Part shown: positions 27,018-36,397 of the stretch, piece after piece
Position numbering within the stretch: position 1 is the first letter of the stretch
How the letters are laid out: each line of letters begins with the position of its first letter
NCBI GenBank assembly: GCA_002404865.1
Contig: DHKP01000011.1
Location: forward strand, 5,791 to 69,790
Direction of reading: 5' to 3'
Source of the DNA: Bacillales bacterium UBA4691
GTDB lineage: Bacteria > Bacillota_I > Bacilli_A > RFN20 > CAG-826
DNA: 64,000 nt
Notes under the pieces: model-generated
What the model saw: the letters and a program-made list of their open reading frames with translations, nothing else
Databases searched by the model: none
Told to the model about the DNA's origin: nothing
Position numbers and translations under genes: made by a program

Positions 27018-29627
27018 ATGAAACCATTAACAGGACAAGAAATTCGTATGAGATGGATTCGTTTCTTTGAAAGCAAAGGGCATAAGTGGCTCCCTGGGGT
27101 CTCTTTGATTCCTAGCGACGAAGATAAGTCGCTTTTATGGGTAAATGCTGGAGTCACCGGCTTGAAGAAATATTTCGATGGAAGCGAAGTTCCGCCTTCT
27201 CGCCGCATCGTCAATGTTCAAAAAAGTTTAAGGACAAACGATATTGAAAACGTTGGCCATACGGCCCGTCATCATACTTTCTTTGAAATGCTCGGTAATT
27301 TCTCCATCGGGGATTATTTTAGAAACGAAGTCATCCCCTGGGCTTATGAAATTCTCACTAGTGAGAAGGTGGGCTTCGGGATTCCTCCAGAAAAGCTTTA
27401 TATGACTTATGAACCGCATGATAAAGCGACTTATGATTTATGGGTTAAATGCGGGATTGACCCAACCCACTTGATTCCTTTAGCGAGCAATTTTTGGGAA
27501 ATCGGCAAGGGACCTGGCGGACCTGACACTGAAATGTTTTTTGACCGTGGCGAAAAATTTGACCCAAAACATCTCGGGATAAAATTACTAAAAGACGATT
27601 TGGAAAATGACCGTTTTATAGAGATTTGGAACATCGTCTTCAGTCAATACAATTGCGATCCCTCCATTCCTAGAGAAGAATATAAGGAGCTTCCAAGCAA
27701 AAACATCGATACGGGTTGCGGATTGGAAAGAATCGCTTGCATTCTTCAAGGCACGGAAACCAATTTTGAGACCGATTTATTCGCTCCTATCATGACGAAA
27801 ATCGAAGAACTTTCTCATAAAAAATACGAAGGTGAGAACCTCATGAGCTTCCGTGTTATCGCCGATCATGCACGCTGCCTTACTTTTGCTTTAAGCGATG
27901 GAGCGACTTTCTCTAATGAAGGAAGAGGTTATGTTTTGCGCCGCATTATCCGCCGCGCGATGCGATATGGGCAAAAGCTTGGTATCGAAGGCGAATTTAT
28001 GTACAAGCTTATCCAAGTTGTCGCGGATAAATACAAAGATTTCTATCCCTATTTGGAAGACAAAGTCATAGAAGTCTCCAAAATGGTCCAAAGCGAAGAA
28101 AGCAAATTCTTGCGCACTCTTGATAGTGGGGAAAGCTTGCTTCTGTCCATGCTTAAAGGCAAAAGCGAATTGACAGGCGAAGAAATCTTTAAGCTTTATG
28201 ATACCTATGGTTTTCCTAGTGATTTGACCAAGGAAATTTGTTCTGAATATCATGTTAACTGTGATATGGATGGTTTCTTTACCGCGATGAAAGCGCAGCG
28301 TGAACGCGCTCGGCTCGCTAGAGGAGAAATTGACTCTTTCCATAAACAGTCCAAAGACTTATTAGCATTCAAAACGGGAAGCGAATTCCTCTATGATGAA
28401 GATACTTGCGATGCCAATGTGATTGGCTTATTCAAAGATGGAGAAAGTGTTGAAGCGCTTGACGAGGAAGGGGATGTTATTTTTACTAAGACACCTTTCT
28501 ATGCCGAAATGGGCGGACAAGTGAGCGATACTGGCTTAATCCGTGGCGACACGTTTGAAGCGGAAGTGAAGCACGTTGGCGTTGCGCCCAATGGGCAACA
28601 TCTCCATCATATATTGGTAAAATATGGCTCTCTTCGCACTGGCGATAAAGTTCATTTACGAATCGATAGTGATAGACGCCGCCTTATTGAGCGAAACCAT
28701 AGCGCGACACATCTTCTTCATAGCGCTTTAAGCGATGTATTAAAAAAACATGTGGATCAAAAAGGCTCTTATGTCGATGAAAACTATCTCCGTTTCGATT
28801 ATAGCGCTGAAACAAAGCTAAGCGCTGGAGAACTTAGCGAAGTACAAAACGAAGTGAACAAAAAGATTGCGGAGGCCATTAGTGAGGTAACGAAGGTTCT
28901 TCCTCTAGAAGAAGCGAAAAAGCTTGGAGCGGAAATGGAATTCTCAGATAAGTATGGCACGACCGTCCGCGTTGTTACCTTTGGTGATTATAGTAAGGAA
29001 TTCTGCGGTGGCACCCACGTTAAAAATTCTAGTGAAATCGGCTTATTCCTTATTGAAAGCGATGAGGCGGTCGCTAGCGGAATTCGTCGTATCCAGGCTC
29101 GTACTTCATTGGGTGCGATTCGCTATTTGCATCAAAAGATGAGATTGCTTGAAGAGGCGGAGGATCTTTATTCAAGCGATGATAGCTCATTCTTAGCGAG
29201 ACTAACCAAAACTAATGAAGAAAAGAAATCGCTTGAAAAAGAAAATAGTGCCTTAAAAGCGAGATTGGCTTCTATCGAAGCAAAAGATCTTGCTGAGACT
29301 CCTTTAATTAACGGGGTCCGTTTCGTTGCGCTCATTAAAGATGGCGCTAAAAAAGAAGATCTCCTCTCTTTAGCCGATACGCTTAAAAGCAAAAATAAGG
29401 ACTATGTTTTGATTCTTCTTGGCGGAAATGAGAACGCTCGCCCAATCGTAACAATGGTCGGCGGAAAGGCTTTAACAATAGTCAAAGCGGGTGATATCGT
29501 AAAAGAAATGAGCAAAACCCTTGGTGGAGGAGGCGGAGGACGCCCTGAAATGGCTACCGGTCAATTGAAGACGAAAAACGGTTTTGAAAAACTTGCCGAA
29601 AAATATTTATCGCTTTTAAAAGAATAA
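27018..29627 (+). CDS. alaS: alanine--tRNA ligase
   Basis: Start moved to the ATG at 27018 (MKPLTGQEIR), 7 nt after GGAGG. The longer ORF would run into the T-box terminator. Has the HHTFFEMLGNFS motif, the editing-domain HSATHLLH and a C-terminal GGGGGGRP. Confidence 0.95.
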   Translation: MKPLTGQEIRMRWIRFFESKGHKWLPGVSLIPSDEDKSLLWVNAGVTGLKKYFDGSEVPPSRRIVNVQKSLRTNDIENVGHTARHHTFFEMLGNFSIGDYFRNEVIPWAYEILTSEKVGFGIPPEKLYMTYEPHDKATYDLWVKCGIDPTHLIPLASNFWEIGKGPGGPDTEMFFDRGEKFDPKHLGIKLLKDDLENDRFIEIWNIVFSQYNCDPSIPREEYKELPSKNIDTGCGLERIACILQGTETNFETDLFAPIMTKIEELSHKKYEGENLMSFRVIADHARCLTFALSDGATFSNEGRGYVLRRIIRRAMRYGQKLGIEGEFMYKLIQVVADKYKDFYPYLEDKVIEVSKMVQSEESKFLRTLDSGESLLLSMLKGKSELTGEEIFKLYDTYGFPSDLTKEICSEYHVNCDMDGFFTAMKAQRERARLARGEIDSFHKQSKDLLAFKTGSEFLYDEDTCDANVIGLFKDGESVEALDEEGDVIFTKTPFYAEMGGQVSDTGLIRGDTFEAEVKHVGVAPNGQHLHHILVKYGSLRTGDKVHLRIDSDRRRLIERNHSATHLLHSALSDVLKKHVDQKGSYVDENYLRFDYSAETKLSAGELSEVQNEVNKKIAEAISEVTKVLPLEEAKKLGAEMEFSDKYGTTVRVVTFGDYSKEFCGGTHVKNSSEIGLFLIESDEAVASGIRRIQARTSLGAIRYLHQKMRLLEEAEDLYSSDDSSFLARLTKTNEEKKSLEKENSALKARLASIEAKDLAETPLINGVRFVALIKDGAKKEDLLSLADTLKSKNKDYVLILLGGNENARPIVTMVGGKALTIVKAGDIVKEMSKTLGGGGGGRPEMATGQLKTKNGFEKLAEKYLSLLKE

Positions 29628-29636
29628 GGAGCACTT

Positions 29637-29906
29637 ATGGCTGAAATCACCGATAATAGAATCATCATTACCGACGATAGTGGGATGGAAGAGACTTGGA
29701 AAATTCTTTTCTACTATGAAAACCCCGAACGGAAGAAGACATTTTATTTTATCTATAAAGACGAGAATCCCGACGATTTGCTGGTCATGGCTAGCGAGGA
29801 TGGGAAAACGCTTCTTGAACCAACAGTCGAAGAGATGGAAGAAGCCTCTGAGATGCTAGAGACTTATGAAGACGACCCGAAGATCGCTTCCATCAAAAGC
29901 AAATGA
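29637..29906 (+). CDS. DUF1292 family small acidic protein (YrzB-like)
   Basis: ITDDSGMEETWKILFYYE...YFIYKDE..DDLLVMAS pattern. Sits in the conserved position after alaS. Confidence 0.6.
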   Translation: MAEITDNRIIITDDSGMEETWKILFYYENPERKKTFYFIYKDENPDDLLVMASEDGKTLLEPTVEEMEEASEMLETYEDDPKIASIKSK

Positions 29907-29970
29907 GTCTTGTCTTTTTCTTTAACGGAAAGAGAGTATAATTCCTATTGCAGTTTTTAGGAGAGTAATA

Positions 29971-30453
29971 ATGGCAGAAGAAAAAATCGTCATGACCCGT
30001 GAGGGCATGGAGAAACTCGAAAAAGAATATCGTGATTTAATTGATAATCAACGCCCTGAAGTTATCGAAGAACTTAAACTTGCTCGTTCTCAAGGTGACT
30101 TAAGCGAAAACGCCGACTACGATGCAGCAAGAAATAAGCAAGCTCAAATCGAAGCGAGAATTACTGAAATTGAGCATATTAAAGATATTGCCGTCATTAT
30201 TGAAGAAAATAAAACCGGCAAAAAGATCAACCTAGGTTACACCGTATCATTCAAAAAGCTTAATGACGATAAAAAGGTAACGGTTCGCCTTGTCGGTACG
30301 ATTGAAGCGAACCCATTCGGCGAGATTCCCTCCATCAGCGATCAAAGCGCAATCGGCAAGGCTTTAATCGATCACTGGATCGGTGACAAAGTTATGGTTG
30401 AGGCCGCTAATCCCTACGAGATTGAAATTCTCTCCGCTGAAATCACAAAATAA
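29971..30453 (+). CDS. greA: transcription elongation factor GreA
   Basis: N-terminal coiled coil with GDLSENADYDAA. 160 aa. SD AGGAGA. Confidence 0.95.
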   Translation: MAEEKIVMTREGMEKLEKEYRDLIDNQRPEVIEELKLARSQGDLSENADYDAARNKQAQIEARITEIEHIKDIAVIIEENKTGKKINLGYTVSFKKLNDDKKVTVRLVGTIEANPFGEIPSISDQSAIGKALIDHWIGDKVMVEAANPYEIEILSAEITK

Positions 30454-30470
30454 AAACGATTATCTTATTA

Positions 30471-30500
30471 AAACCAGTTCATGTTAAGGGCTGGTTTTTT
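30471..30500 (+). terminator. intrinsic terminator after greA
   Basis: AACCAG-13 nt-CTGGTT followed by TTTT. Confidence 0.65.
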
Positions 30501-30647
30501 CGTATAAATCATATATGTTTACAAAATCACAAAGATAGTGATAATTTTGCCTTTACTATTTAAATACAAGGCTTATTGAAAAAAGATTTCCATTATTTTT
30601 TTGTAAAAACTCCATTTTTTTGTCTATAGAAAAGTAGGAGGAAATAT

Positions 30648-31187
30648 ATGATAAAAGTAATCATCATTGTCGTTGTGGCAACTCTAGTAGGACTAGTGGG
30701 ATTTGCCGTTGTGGATAAAGCGGCCGGGAATATCGTTGACCCTTCCACTTCCGAAACGTCCAGTCAGATAGATACATTCTCGGTATCGATTACTGGAGAA
30801 GTAAAACGAACTGGAACTTATAACGTTCCGACGGGAAGTACTTTATTGACTTTAATCGAGGCCGCTAGCGGCGTTACTAGCAATGCCGACTCAAAAGCTT
30901 ATAATACCGAGTTTTTATTAAGCGCAGGGCAATCGTTCTATATTGCTCCTCTTTACGATAATAGTAACACTTGCTCTGTCTCTCCTATTGATAAAGTCAA
31001 TATCAATAGTGCGGACAAAACTACTCTTATGAAAGTCAGCGCTTTTTCATCCACCATTGCGAGCGCGATTATTGAATATCGAGAAAAGACATCCTCTTTT
31101 GGGCGAATCGAAGAGCTAAAAAATGTAACCGGGATAGGAAATGCGATATTCGCCAAAGCGAAAGATTTCGTTACCCTTGTGGACTAA
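30648..31187 (+). CDS. comEA: competence DNA receptor ComEA (SLBB + helix-hairpin-helix)
   Basis: N-terminal TM helix, SLBB-like VSITGEVKRTGTY, and C-terminal HhH INSADKTTLMKV...VTGIGNAIFAKAKDF. Confidence 0.85.
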   Translation: MIKVIIIVVVATLVGLVGFAVVDKAAGNIVDPSTSETSSQIDTFSVSITGEVKRTGTYNVPTGSTLLTLIEAASGVTSNADSKAYNTEFLLSAGQSFYIAPLYDNSNTCSVSPIDKVNINSADKTTLMKVSAFSSTIASAIIEYREKTSSFGRIEELKNVTGIGNAIFAKAKDFVTLVD

Positions 31188-33246
31188 GAAAAAGACGTTT
31201 ATCGCCTTTTTCTTGCTATTGGGCATTGTGACTGGTAGCAATTTTGCTTTCTATTGCCATAAGTTGTATCTTTTGCCATTTTTCTTATTATTAATTCTCT
31301 TATTCTCGATTTTTGCAATGCGAAAAGGGAAGACGTTTTTAGGGATTTATCTTCTCGCATCGATCCTTTCTTTTTCTCTTCAAGCGATTCCCATTCCAAG
31401 CCAAAGAGAAGAGAAATGCGAAATTACTGGTATTGTCATCGAAACAAAGAAGAACTATTTTTTCTTACAAAGCGGAATCCATCGTTATTACGTCTATGAA
31501 AAGGATAATGAGAGGGAAATCGGTGATTATCTTTTCATCAATGGCAAGAAAGAAGAATTTATCGAGACAAAATACGAAAGCCGTTTTTCGTTCCAAGAAT
31601 ATCTTTGCTCGCGAGGCATTAAATACTCGTTACGTGCTTATTCGATTATACCAAGATTCAAGGCACCTCTTCGCCTTAGAAACCATGAAAAACAATTTCT
31701 TTCTCACTTTGATGAAAGAACTCGTAGTTTGTTAGATGGCCTTCTTTTTGATAGAAAAGATAGTCAAAGCGAATTTTTGGTGCAGGCAACTAGTTTAGGG
31801 ATTCTGTATCTATTTTCTAGCAGCGGGATTTATTTAGGGATTGCTCTCCGCCTCATTGAAGGTGGTACTAGAAAGTTTCTAAGTGAACGAGGGACAAAAT
31901 ATGTTTCATTTGTGACTCTAATTCTTCTTTTTCCTTTTTATATCGTAAAGCTAGGATATTATCGTGTTTTTCTTTCTCGAATAATTCGTGCGATCTATCA
32001 AAATAAAGAAGGCGGGATCGATTCATTAGGTAAAACCTCCCTCGTTGGGATTATTCTTTATTTATTTTCTTTCCGTTCCCCGTTAAGAAGCGCGTATCTG
32101 CTTGGAATAGGAATTTCTCTTAATCATGCTTTTTTGGGAAGCGTTATTTCTCGAATTGATTCAAAGCGAAAAAGAAAAATTGTTTCTTCTATTTCATTCC
32201 ATTGCTTTTTGCTTCCGAATTTAGTTTCAAATTCTTCCATTCATCTATTTTCGTATTTTTATTCCTTGTTCCTTCCGTTTCTAGTTTTTCCTTTTCGATT
32301 TATTGCAATTCTCTCGTTTCTCACCATCCCTTTTGTTTCATTTCTTAATGGCTATGCATCGTTATTAAATTTCATCCTTTCCTTAATAGAAAAAATAGAC
32401 ATCATAATTCCTATTGGCGGAGGTTCTAACGTTTATTTGTCATTGTTATATTATTGCTTTTATTATGCGCTTTTCTATTTAAGCGAATGCGGTTTTAGTA
32501 AAGCTAAGAAAAGAGTCCCTCTTTTATTCGTTGTTGTTTTGATCCTTCGGGCGATGCCGATATCTCTAAATTTTAGCGATGAAGTCACTTTTATCAATGT
32601 AGGGCAAGGCGATGCGATTTTGATTCGCGAAAAAGGAAAGAGCGTTTTATTAGACACAGGCGGCGTCACTAGTTTTGATTTAGGAAAAGAAGTGGATTTA
32701 TCTTATTTATATAAACGTCGCATTTATCATCTAGATGCGGTAATCGCTAGCCATGGGGACTATGACCATATTGGTGCATACGCATCGCTTAAAAAGCTGA
32801 TTCCTATCAAAAATTATTACGATTCTCCTTCCTCCTTTCCCTTAAAAATAGGGAATATGGAATTTAGGAATCTTAATCTTTATGGAGGAAATGAAGAAAA
32901 CGACAAGTCTCTTGTTTTATCGCTGAAACATTTGGGGAAAAAGTGGTTATTTATGGGGGACGCTACGAAGAGAATCGAAGAAAAAATTATACAAGACAAT
33001 CCCGATTTAAGATGTGATGTTCTTAAAGTAGGACACCATGGAAGCAATACATCCACCTCGGAATTATTTTTAAAAACGGTGCAGCCGAAAGTCGCGATTA
33101 TTAGCGTTGGCGCTAGAAACAATTTTGGTCATCCTGACCCGACAACTTTAGCAAAGCTTAAGGCGAATGGGATAGCCATTAGACGCACCGATTTAGAAGG
33201 AACGATCTCTTATACTTCCTATCTAAATTCACCGATAAAATTTTGA
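31141..33246 (+). CDS. comEC: DNA internalization channel ComEC/Rec2 with a C-terminal MBL domain
   Basis: Polytopic membrane core plus FINVGQGDAILI, ASHGDYDHIG and KVGHHGSNTS. The start is uncertain. ATG 31141 overlaps comEA by 47 nt, and TTG 31177 is an alternative. Confidence 0.85.
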   Translation: MRYSPKRKISLPLWTKKKTFIAFFLLLGIVTGSNFAFYCHKLYLLPFFLLLILLFSIFAMRKGKTFLGIYLLASILSFSLQAIPIPSQREEKCEITGIVIETKKNYFFLQSGIHRYYVYEKDNEREIGDYLFINGKKEEFIETKYESRFSFQEYLCSRGIKYSLRAYSIIPRFKAPLRLRNHEKQFLSHFDERTRSLLDGLLFDRKDSQSEFLVQATSLGILYLFSSSGIYLGIALRLIEGGTRKFLSERGTKYVSFVTLILLFPFYIVKLGYYRVFLSRIIRAIYQNKEGGIDSLGKTSLVGIILYLFSFRSPLRSAYLLGIGISLNHAFLGSVISRIDSKRKRKIVSSISFHCFLLPNLVSNSSIHLFSYFYSLFLPFLVFPFRFIAILSFLTIPFVSFLNGYASLLNFILSLIEKIDIIIPIGGGSNVYLSLLYYCFYYALFYLSECGFSKAKKRVPLLFVVVLILRAMPISLNFSDEVTFINVGQGDAILIREKGKSVLLDTGGVTSFDLGKEVDLSYLYKRRIYHLDAVIASHGDYDHIGAYASLKKLIPIKNYYDSPSSFPLKIGNMEFRNLNLYGGNEENDKSLVLSLKHLGKKWLFMGDATKRIEEKIIQDNPDLRCDVLKVGHHGSNTSTSELFLKTVQPKVAIISVGARNNFGHPDPTTLAKLKANGIAIRRTDLEGTISYTSYLNSPIKF

Positions 33247-33320
33247 TTTATTATTGGAATGAATCTGATATTATTGCGTTAATACAAATATCAAAAGATA
33301 CTAATATTTGAGGGTTATAC

Positions 33321-34238
33321 ATGAAACCAATTGAAAATTCCATTAAAAGTAATAAAGGAAAGAACGCCTTTATTGCCAGTAACTCTTCCCTTAAAGAAAT
33401 AGACCAAGCGCGGCAAAGCAAGGGTCTATTAACGAGTCAAGATATAAAGGAAATCCGAGTTGGCTTAGGTTTAAACCAAAAAGAATTTTCTTTGCTTTTA
33501 GGATTAGGCGAGATTTCGGTTGCCCGTTACGAAACGAAATTGATTCAGTCTCACACGATTAATGATTTATTCCTCAAAGCAAAAACCGAACCTCTTTTCT
33601 TGTATGAAAAATATTTGGAGAATAAGAAAAATCTTTCTTTGAACGCGAGAGAAAAAATCGTGAAGAAAATCAAAAGCATATCTTCTAGCGAGACGATGAT
33701 TCATCTAGCGAAAGTAAGGGACTACCGGTTTTTGATGCTTCCTTATTTAGAAGAGAGTTCATTAATAGGCGATGCTAGTTTGTCGCTTAACGCAATTGCT
33801 TCTCTTTTGACTTTAGGGAAAGATGAAAATGGTTCTTTATCAAAAAGGCGCTTCGCTAAATTTCTCTTTTATTGTGATTTCTTTTCTTTTGCGGAAAGCG
33901 GAAGAGGGATTACGGGTTTAGCATATCGAAAGGCCGTTGATGGAGTGGAGCCTCTTTTTTACGATGACATATTGTGCGATCCTCTTTTCAAAAAGACTGC
34001 TAAAATCGTTTTCGACAAAAATGGTTCTTCCTTTTCGCAAGTCCGCATTGCTACAAAAGAAAAAATCACCATTGATCGTGAGCAAAGAGAGATTGCCAAA
34101 TACGTAAAAGAGCGCTTCCGCTCGTTCTCCGAACACGATTTTTCGCTTCATTGCCTTAATGAAAGACCGCTTAAAAAGCTAAAGAATGGGGCTCTAATTG
34201 ATTATTCGCTTTCGATCACCTTAAGCAATGCAAAATGA
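33321..34238 (+). CDS. MqsA/XRE-like HTH fused to a DUF4065 (Panacea / SocA-PanA antitoxin-type) domain
   Basis: HTH segment LTSQDIKEIRVGLGLNQKEFSLLLGLGEISVARYETK. C-terminal segment FAKFLFYCDFFSFAESGRGITGLAYRKAVDGVEPLFYDDIL fits the DUF4065 pattern (KLLYy.d.....g.pitg..y.a...GPv.p..Y). Confidence 0.55.
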   Translation: MKPIENSIKSNKGKNAFIASNSSLKEIDQARQSKGLLTSQDIKEIRVGLGLNQKEFSLLLGLGEISVARYETKLIQSHTINDLFLKAKTEPLFLYEKYLENKKNLSLNAREKIVKKIKSISSSETMIHLAKVRDYRFLMLPYLEESSLIGDASLSLNAIASLLTLGKDENGSLSKRRFAKFLFYCDFFSFAESGRGITGLAYRKAVDGVEPLFYDDILCDPLFKKTAKIVFDKNGSSFSQVRIATKEKITIDREQREIAKYVKERFRSFSEHDFSLHCLNERPLKKLKNGALIDYSLSITLSNAK

Positions 34239-34264
34239 TTCCATTGCTTCTATAATGGTTAAAT

Positions 34265-35263
34265 ATGATTCAAGTCGTTTATTCTAGTGATCCTCAGCTT
34301 GCGCTTCTAGGACTAAATAAAGTAATCAAAGCCACCTTCGGAGAAGAGCTTACTTCTTTAAATTCCGTGACTCTTGACATGAGTCAAAATACGATGATTG
34401 ATTTAGCCGAAGAATGCTTAAATTTACCTATTGGCTGCGATAAAAAAGCCGTCATTGTAAAAAATTGCTTCTTTTTGCTAGCTCCTTCAAGAGGCCGTGG
34501 TGCTTTAAAGATTCAAAAAGGAGATAAAGAAGAGGCGTTCTTGTCTTATTTGGATAATCCAGACCCCTCCATCTATCTATATATGTCCGCTTATGGCGAC
34601 AACATCGATAGCAAAGGCAAATATGGGCAACGGCTAGCCGCTTTAGGAATTAAGCCTTCATCTGTTAATGCTTTCACAGAAAGCGATTGGAAGAATTTCG
34701 TTCCCGCTTTTTTTGAGAAAAAAGGCGTTCGCATTTCTCTTGATGCATCAAATGAATTAATCCGTCGTTTATCAATGGATTATGGTCGCTTTTTAGTGGA
34801 ACGACAAAAACTTTTGAGTTACGCCTCTAAGACTGGAACATTAAATCTTGACGATATTAAGGCTCTTATATCTGAACCCTTGGAAGATAAAAGCTATATG
34901 TTGTCTAATGCCTTGACAAAGGGTGACGTTAAAGGTGCATTCCATATTTATAACGATTTGAAAGTTCAAGGATATGACGAAGTCTCACTTTTGATCCAAC
35001 TTGCAAATCAATTCCGCAAAATGAACATGGTTAGTTTCTTATTGAAACAAGGGAAAAGTGAAGGCGTTATCGCTAGTACGTTATCTGGAACTAGGATGAG
35101 CATTTATCAAGTCCGCGCGATTTCTAATAACTTAAGGAAAATGAAAGCAAACGCTCCTTCTATCGTACTAGAAAAAATATACGAGACCGAAAAATCCATT
35201 TTCACTGGCGAAATGGATGGACCATTGGCATTTTCTTTGTTTCTAGCTAATTTTCCATTATGA
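34265..35263 (+). CDS. holA: DNA polymerase III delta subunit
   Basis: 332 aa with the YqeN/HolA layout (N-terminal VYSSDPQL.., central KGVRISLDASNELIRR, C-terminal IFTGEMDG). Conserved comEC...holA / rpsT neighbourhood. Confidence 0.8.
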   Translation: MIQVVYSSDPQLALLGLNKVIKATFGEELTSLNSVTLDMSQNTMIDLAEECLNLPIGCDKKAVIVKNCFFLLAPSRGRGALKIQKGDKEEAFLSYLDNPDPSIYLYMSAYGDNIDSKGKYGQRLAALGIKPSSVNAFTESDWKNFVPAFFEKKGVRISLDASNELIRRLSMDYGRFLVERQKLLSYASKTGTLNLDDIKALISEPLEDKSYMLSNALTKGDVKGAFHIYNDLKVQGYDEVSLLIQLANQFRKMNMVSFLLKQGKSEGVIASTLSGTRMSIYQVRAISNNLRKMKANAPSIVLEKIYETEKSIFTGEMDGPLAFSLFLANFPL

Positions 35264-35706
35264 AAATCGTAATCGCGAGTGACACTCATGGTGACATCGC
35301 TTCTTTAGAGAAGGTGTTTTTGCGTGAACAAAACTCTGATGCTTTTCTCCATGCCGGGGATAGCGAAGCACCTAGTAATAGCATTGTTCCTTTCCTTGCG
35401 GTTAAAGGAAATTGCGATTCCTATTTTAATGACTATCCCAAATTTCGACTTGTTCATACCCCGCTAGGACTTTTAAGAATCGAACATCATCCTATTTCAT
35501 CGCTTTCTCAACTAGAAACCTTAAAAAGAGATGATATAAAAATATTTATTCACGGGCACACCCATAAAATAGAAGCGACTCAAATTGACGGTGTTTACGT
35601 CTTTTGTCCCGGGTCCTTGTCTTATCCGCGGGATAGTGAAGTTGGCTCGTATCTAGTTTTGAATATCGAAAAAAATTCACTGAAATATACCTTTAAAAAT
35701 ATTTAA
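35260..35706 (+). CDS. YfcE/MJ0936-type metallophosphoesterase (second paralog in the window)
   Basis: ASDTHGD, GDSE, GNCD and HGHTH motifs. Confidence 0.75.
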   Translation: MKIVIASDTHGDIASLEKVFLREQNSDAFLHAGDSEAPSNSIVPFLAVKGNCDSYFNDYPKFRLVHTPLGLLRIEHHPISSLSQLETLKRDDIKIFIHGHTHKIEATQIDGVYVFCPGSLSYPRDSEVGSYLVLNIEKNSLKYTFKNI

Positions 35707-35974
35707 TATTTAAGACAAAATTGACAATATATGGCATATATTTTAATCGTTAGATAGGATTTTGCATTGCGGTAAATTGCCTGAATTTGTTATCCTTCTT
35801 TTACGCTACTATAAGAACGCATTCTCCATTGATCTATTTGGAATTGGCTAATTTTTCTTTCTTCCTAGTGGATATTATTCTTAGCTCAGCATCCATTTTG
35901 TTTGGATTAAAAAAAGAACCAATCGATGTCATTTTGCATAGAAGTGATGGATTTTACTTCTAATTGATTAAACA

Positions 35975-36004
35975 TAAAAAAATCCCCAAAACGGAGATTT
36001 TTTA
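35975..36004 (-). terminator. intrinsic terminator of rpsT (bidirectional shape)
   Basis: On the minus strand, ATCTCC-GTTTT-GGGGAT followed by TTTTTTT. A T-run is also present on the plus side. Confidence 0.7.
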
Positions 36005-36030
36005 ATTTTGGCGAGCCTAAAATATTGAAT

Positions 36031-36294
36031 TTATTTAATCTCACGAACAACGCGAGAGAGGTGAGCTTTCTTGCGGTTAGCGCTATTGACGGTAATCGCG
36101 CCATCTTGGGAATATTTATCTAGAAGGGAAATTGCAGCGCGTAAGGCTAGTTCGGCTTCTTCTTTTTTTCCTTCCGCCGCTAAGGTTTCGACCTTTTTGC
36201 TTTGTGTGCGAATTTCCGTTTTGCGAGTGCCATTCAATTTGGCATTTCTTTCATAAATTTCGATACGTTTTTCTTGGGATTTGATGTTTGCCAT
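36031..36294 (-). CDS. rpsT: 30S ribosomal protein S20
   Basis: MANIKSQEKRIE... 87 aa, basic. Confidence 0.95.
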   Translation of the reverse strand: MANIKSQEKRIEIYERNAKLNGTRKTEIRTQSKKVETLAAEGKKEEAELALRAAISLLDKYSQDGAITVNSANRKKAHLSRVVREIK

Positions 36295-36397
36295 ATTCTT
36301 ACTTCCTAAAATAATTTAAAAATTCTTATGCGTAGGGATTATAGACTTCCTAGAAGGAAGAAACAACACTTTTCCTATTTCTAAGGCCGTAGAGAGA

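Noticed and set aside
27891-28343. 150-aa antisense ORF inside alaS.
   Set aside because: It is embedded in alaS on the opposite strand, with no recognisable motifs or ribosome-binding site.
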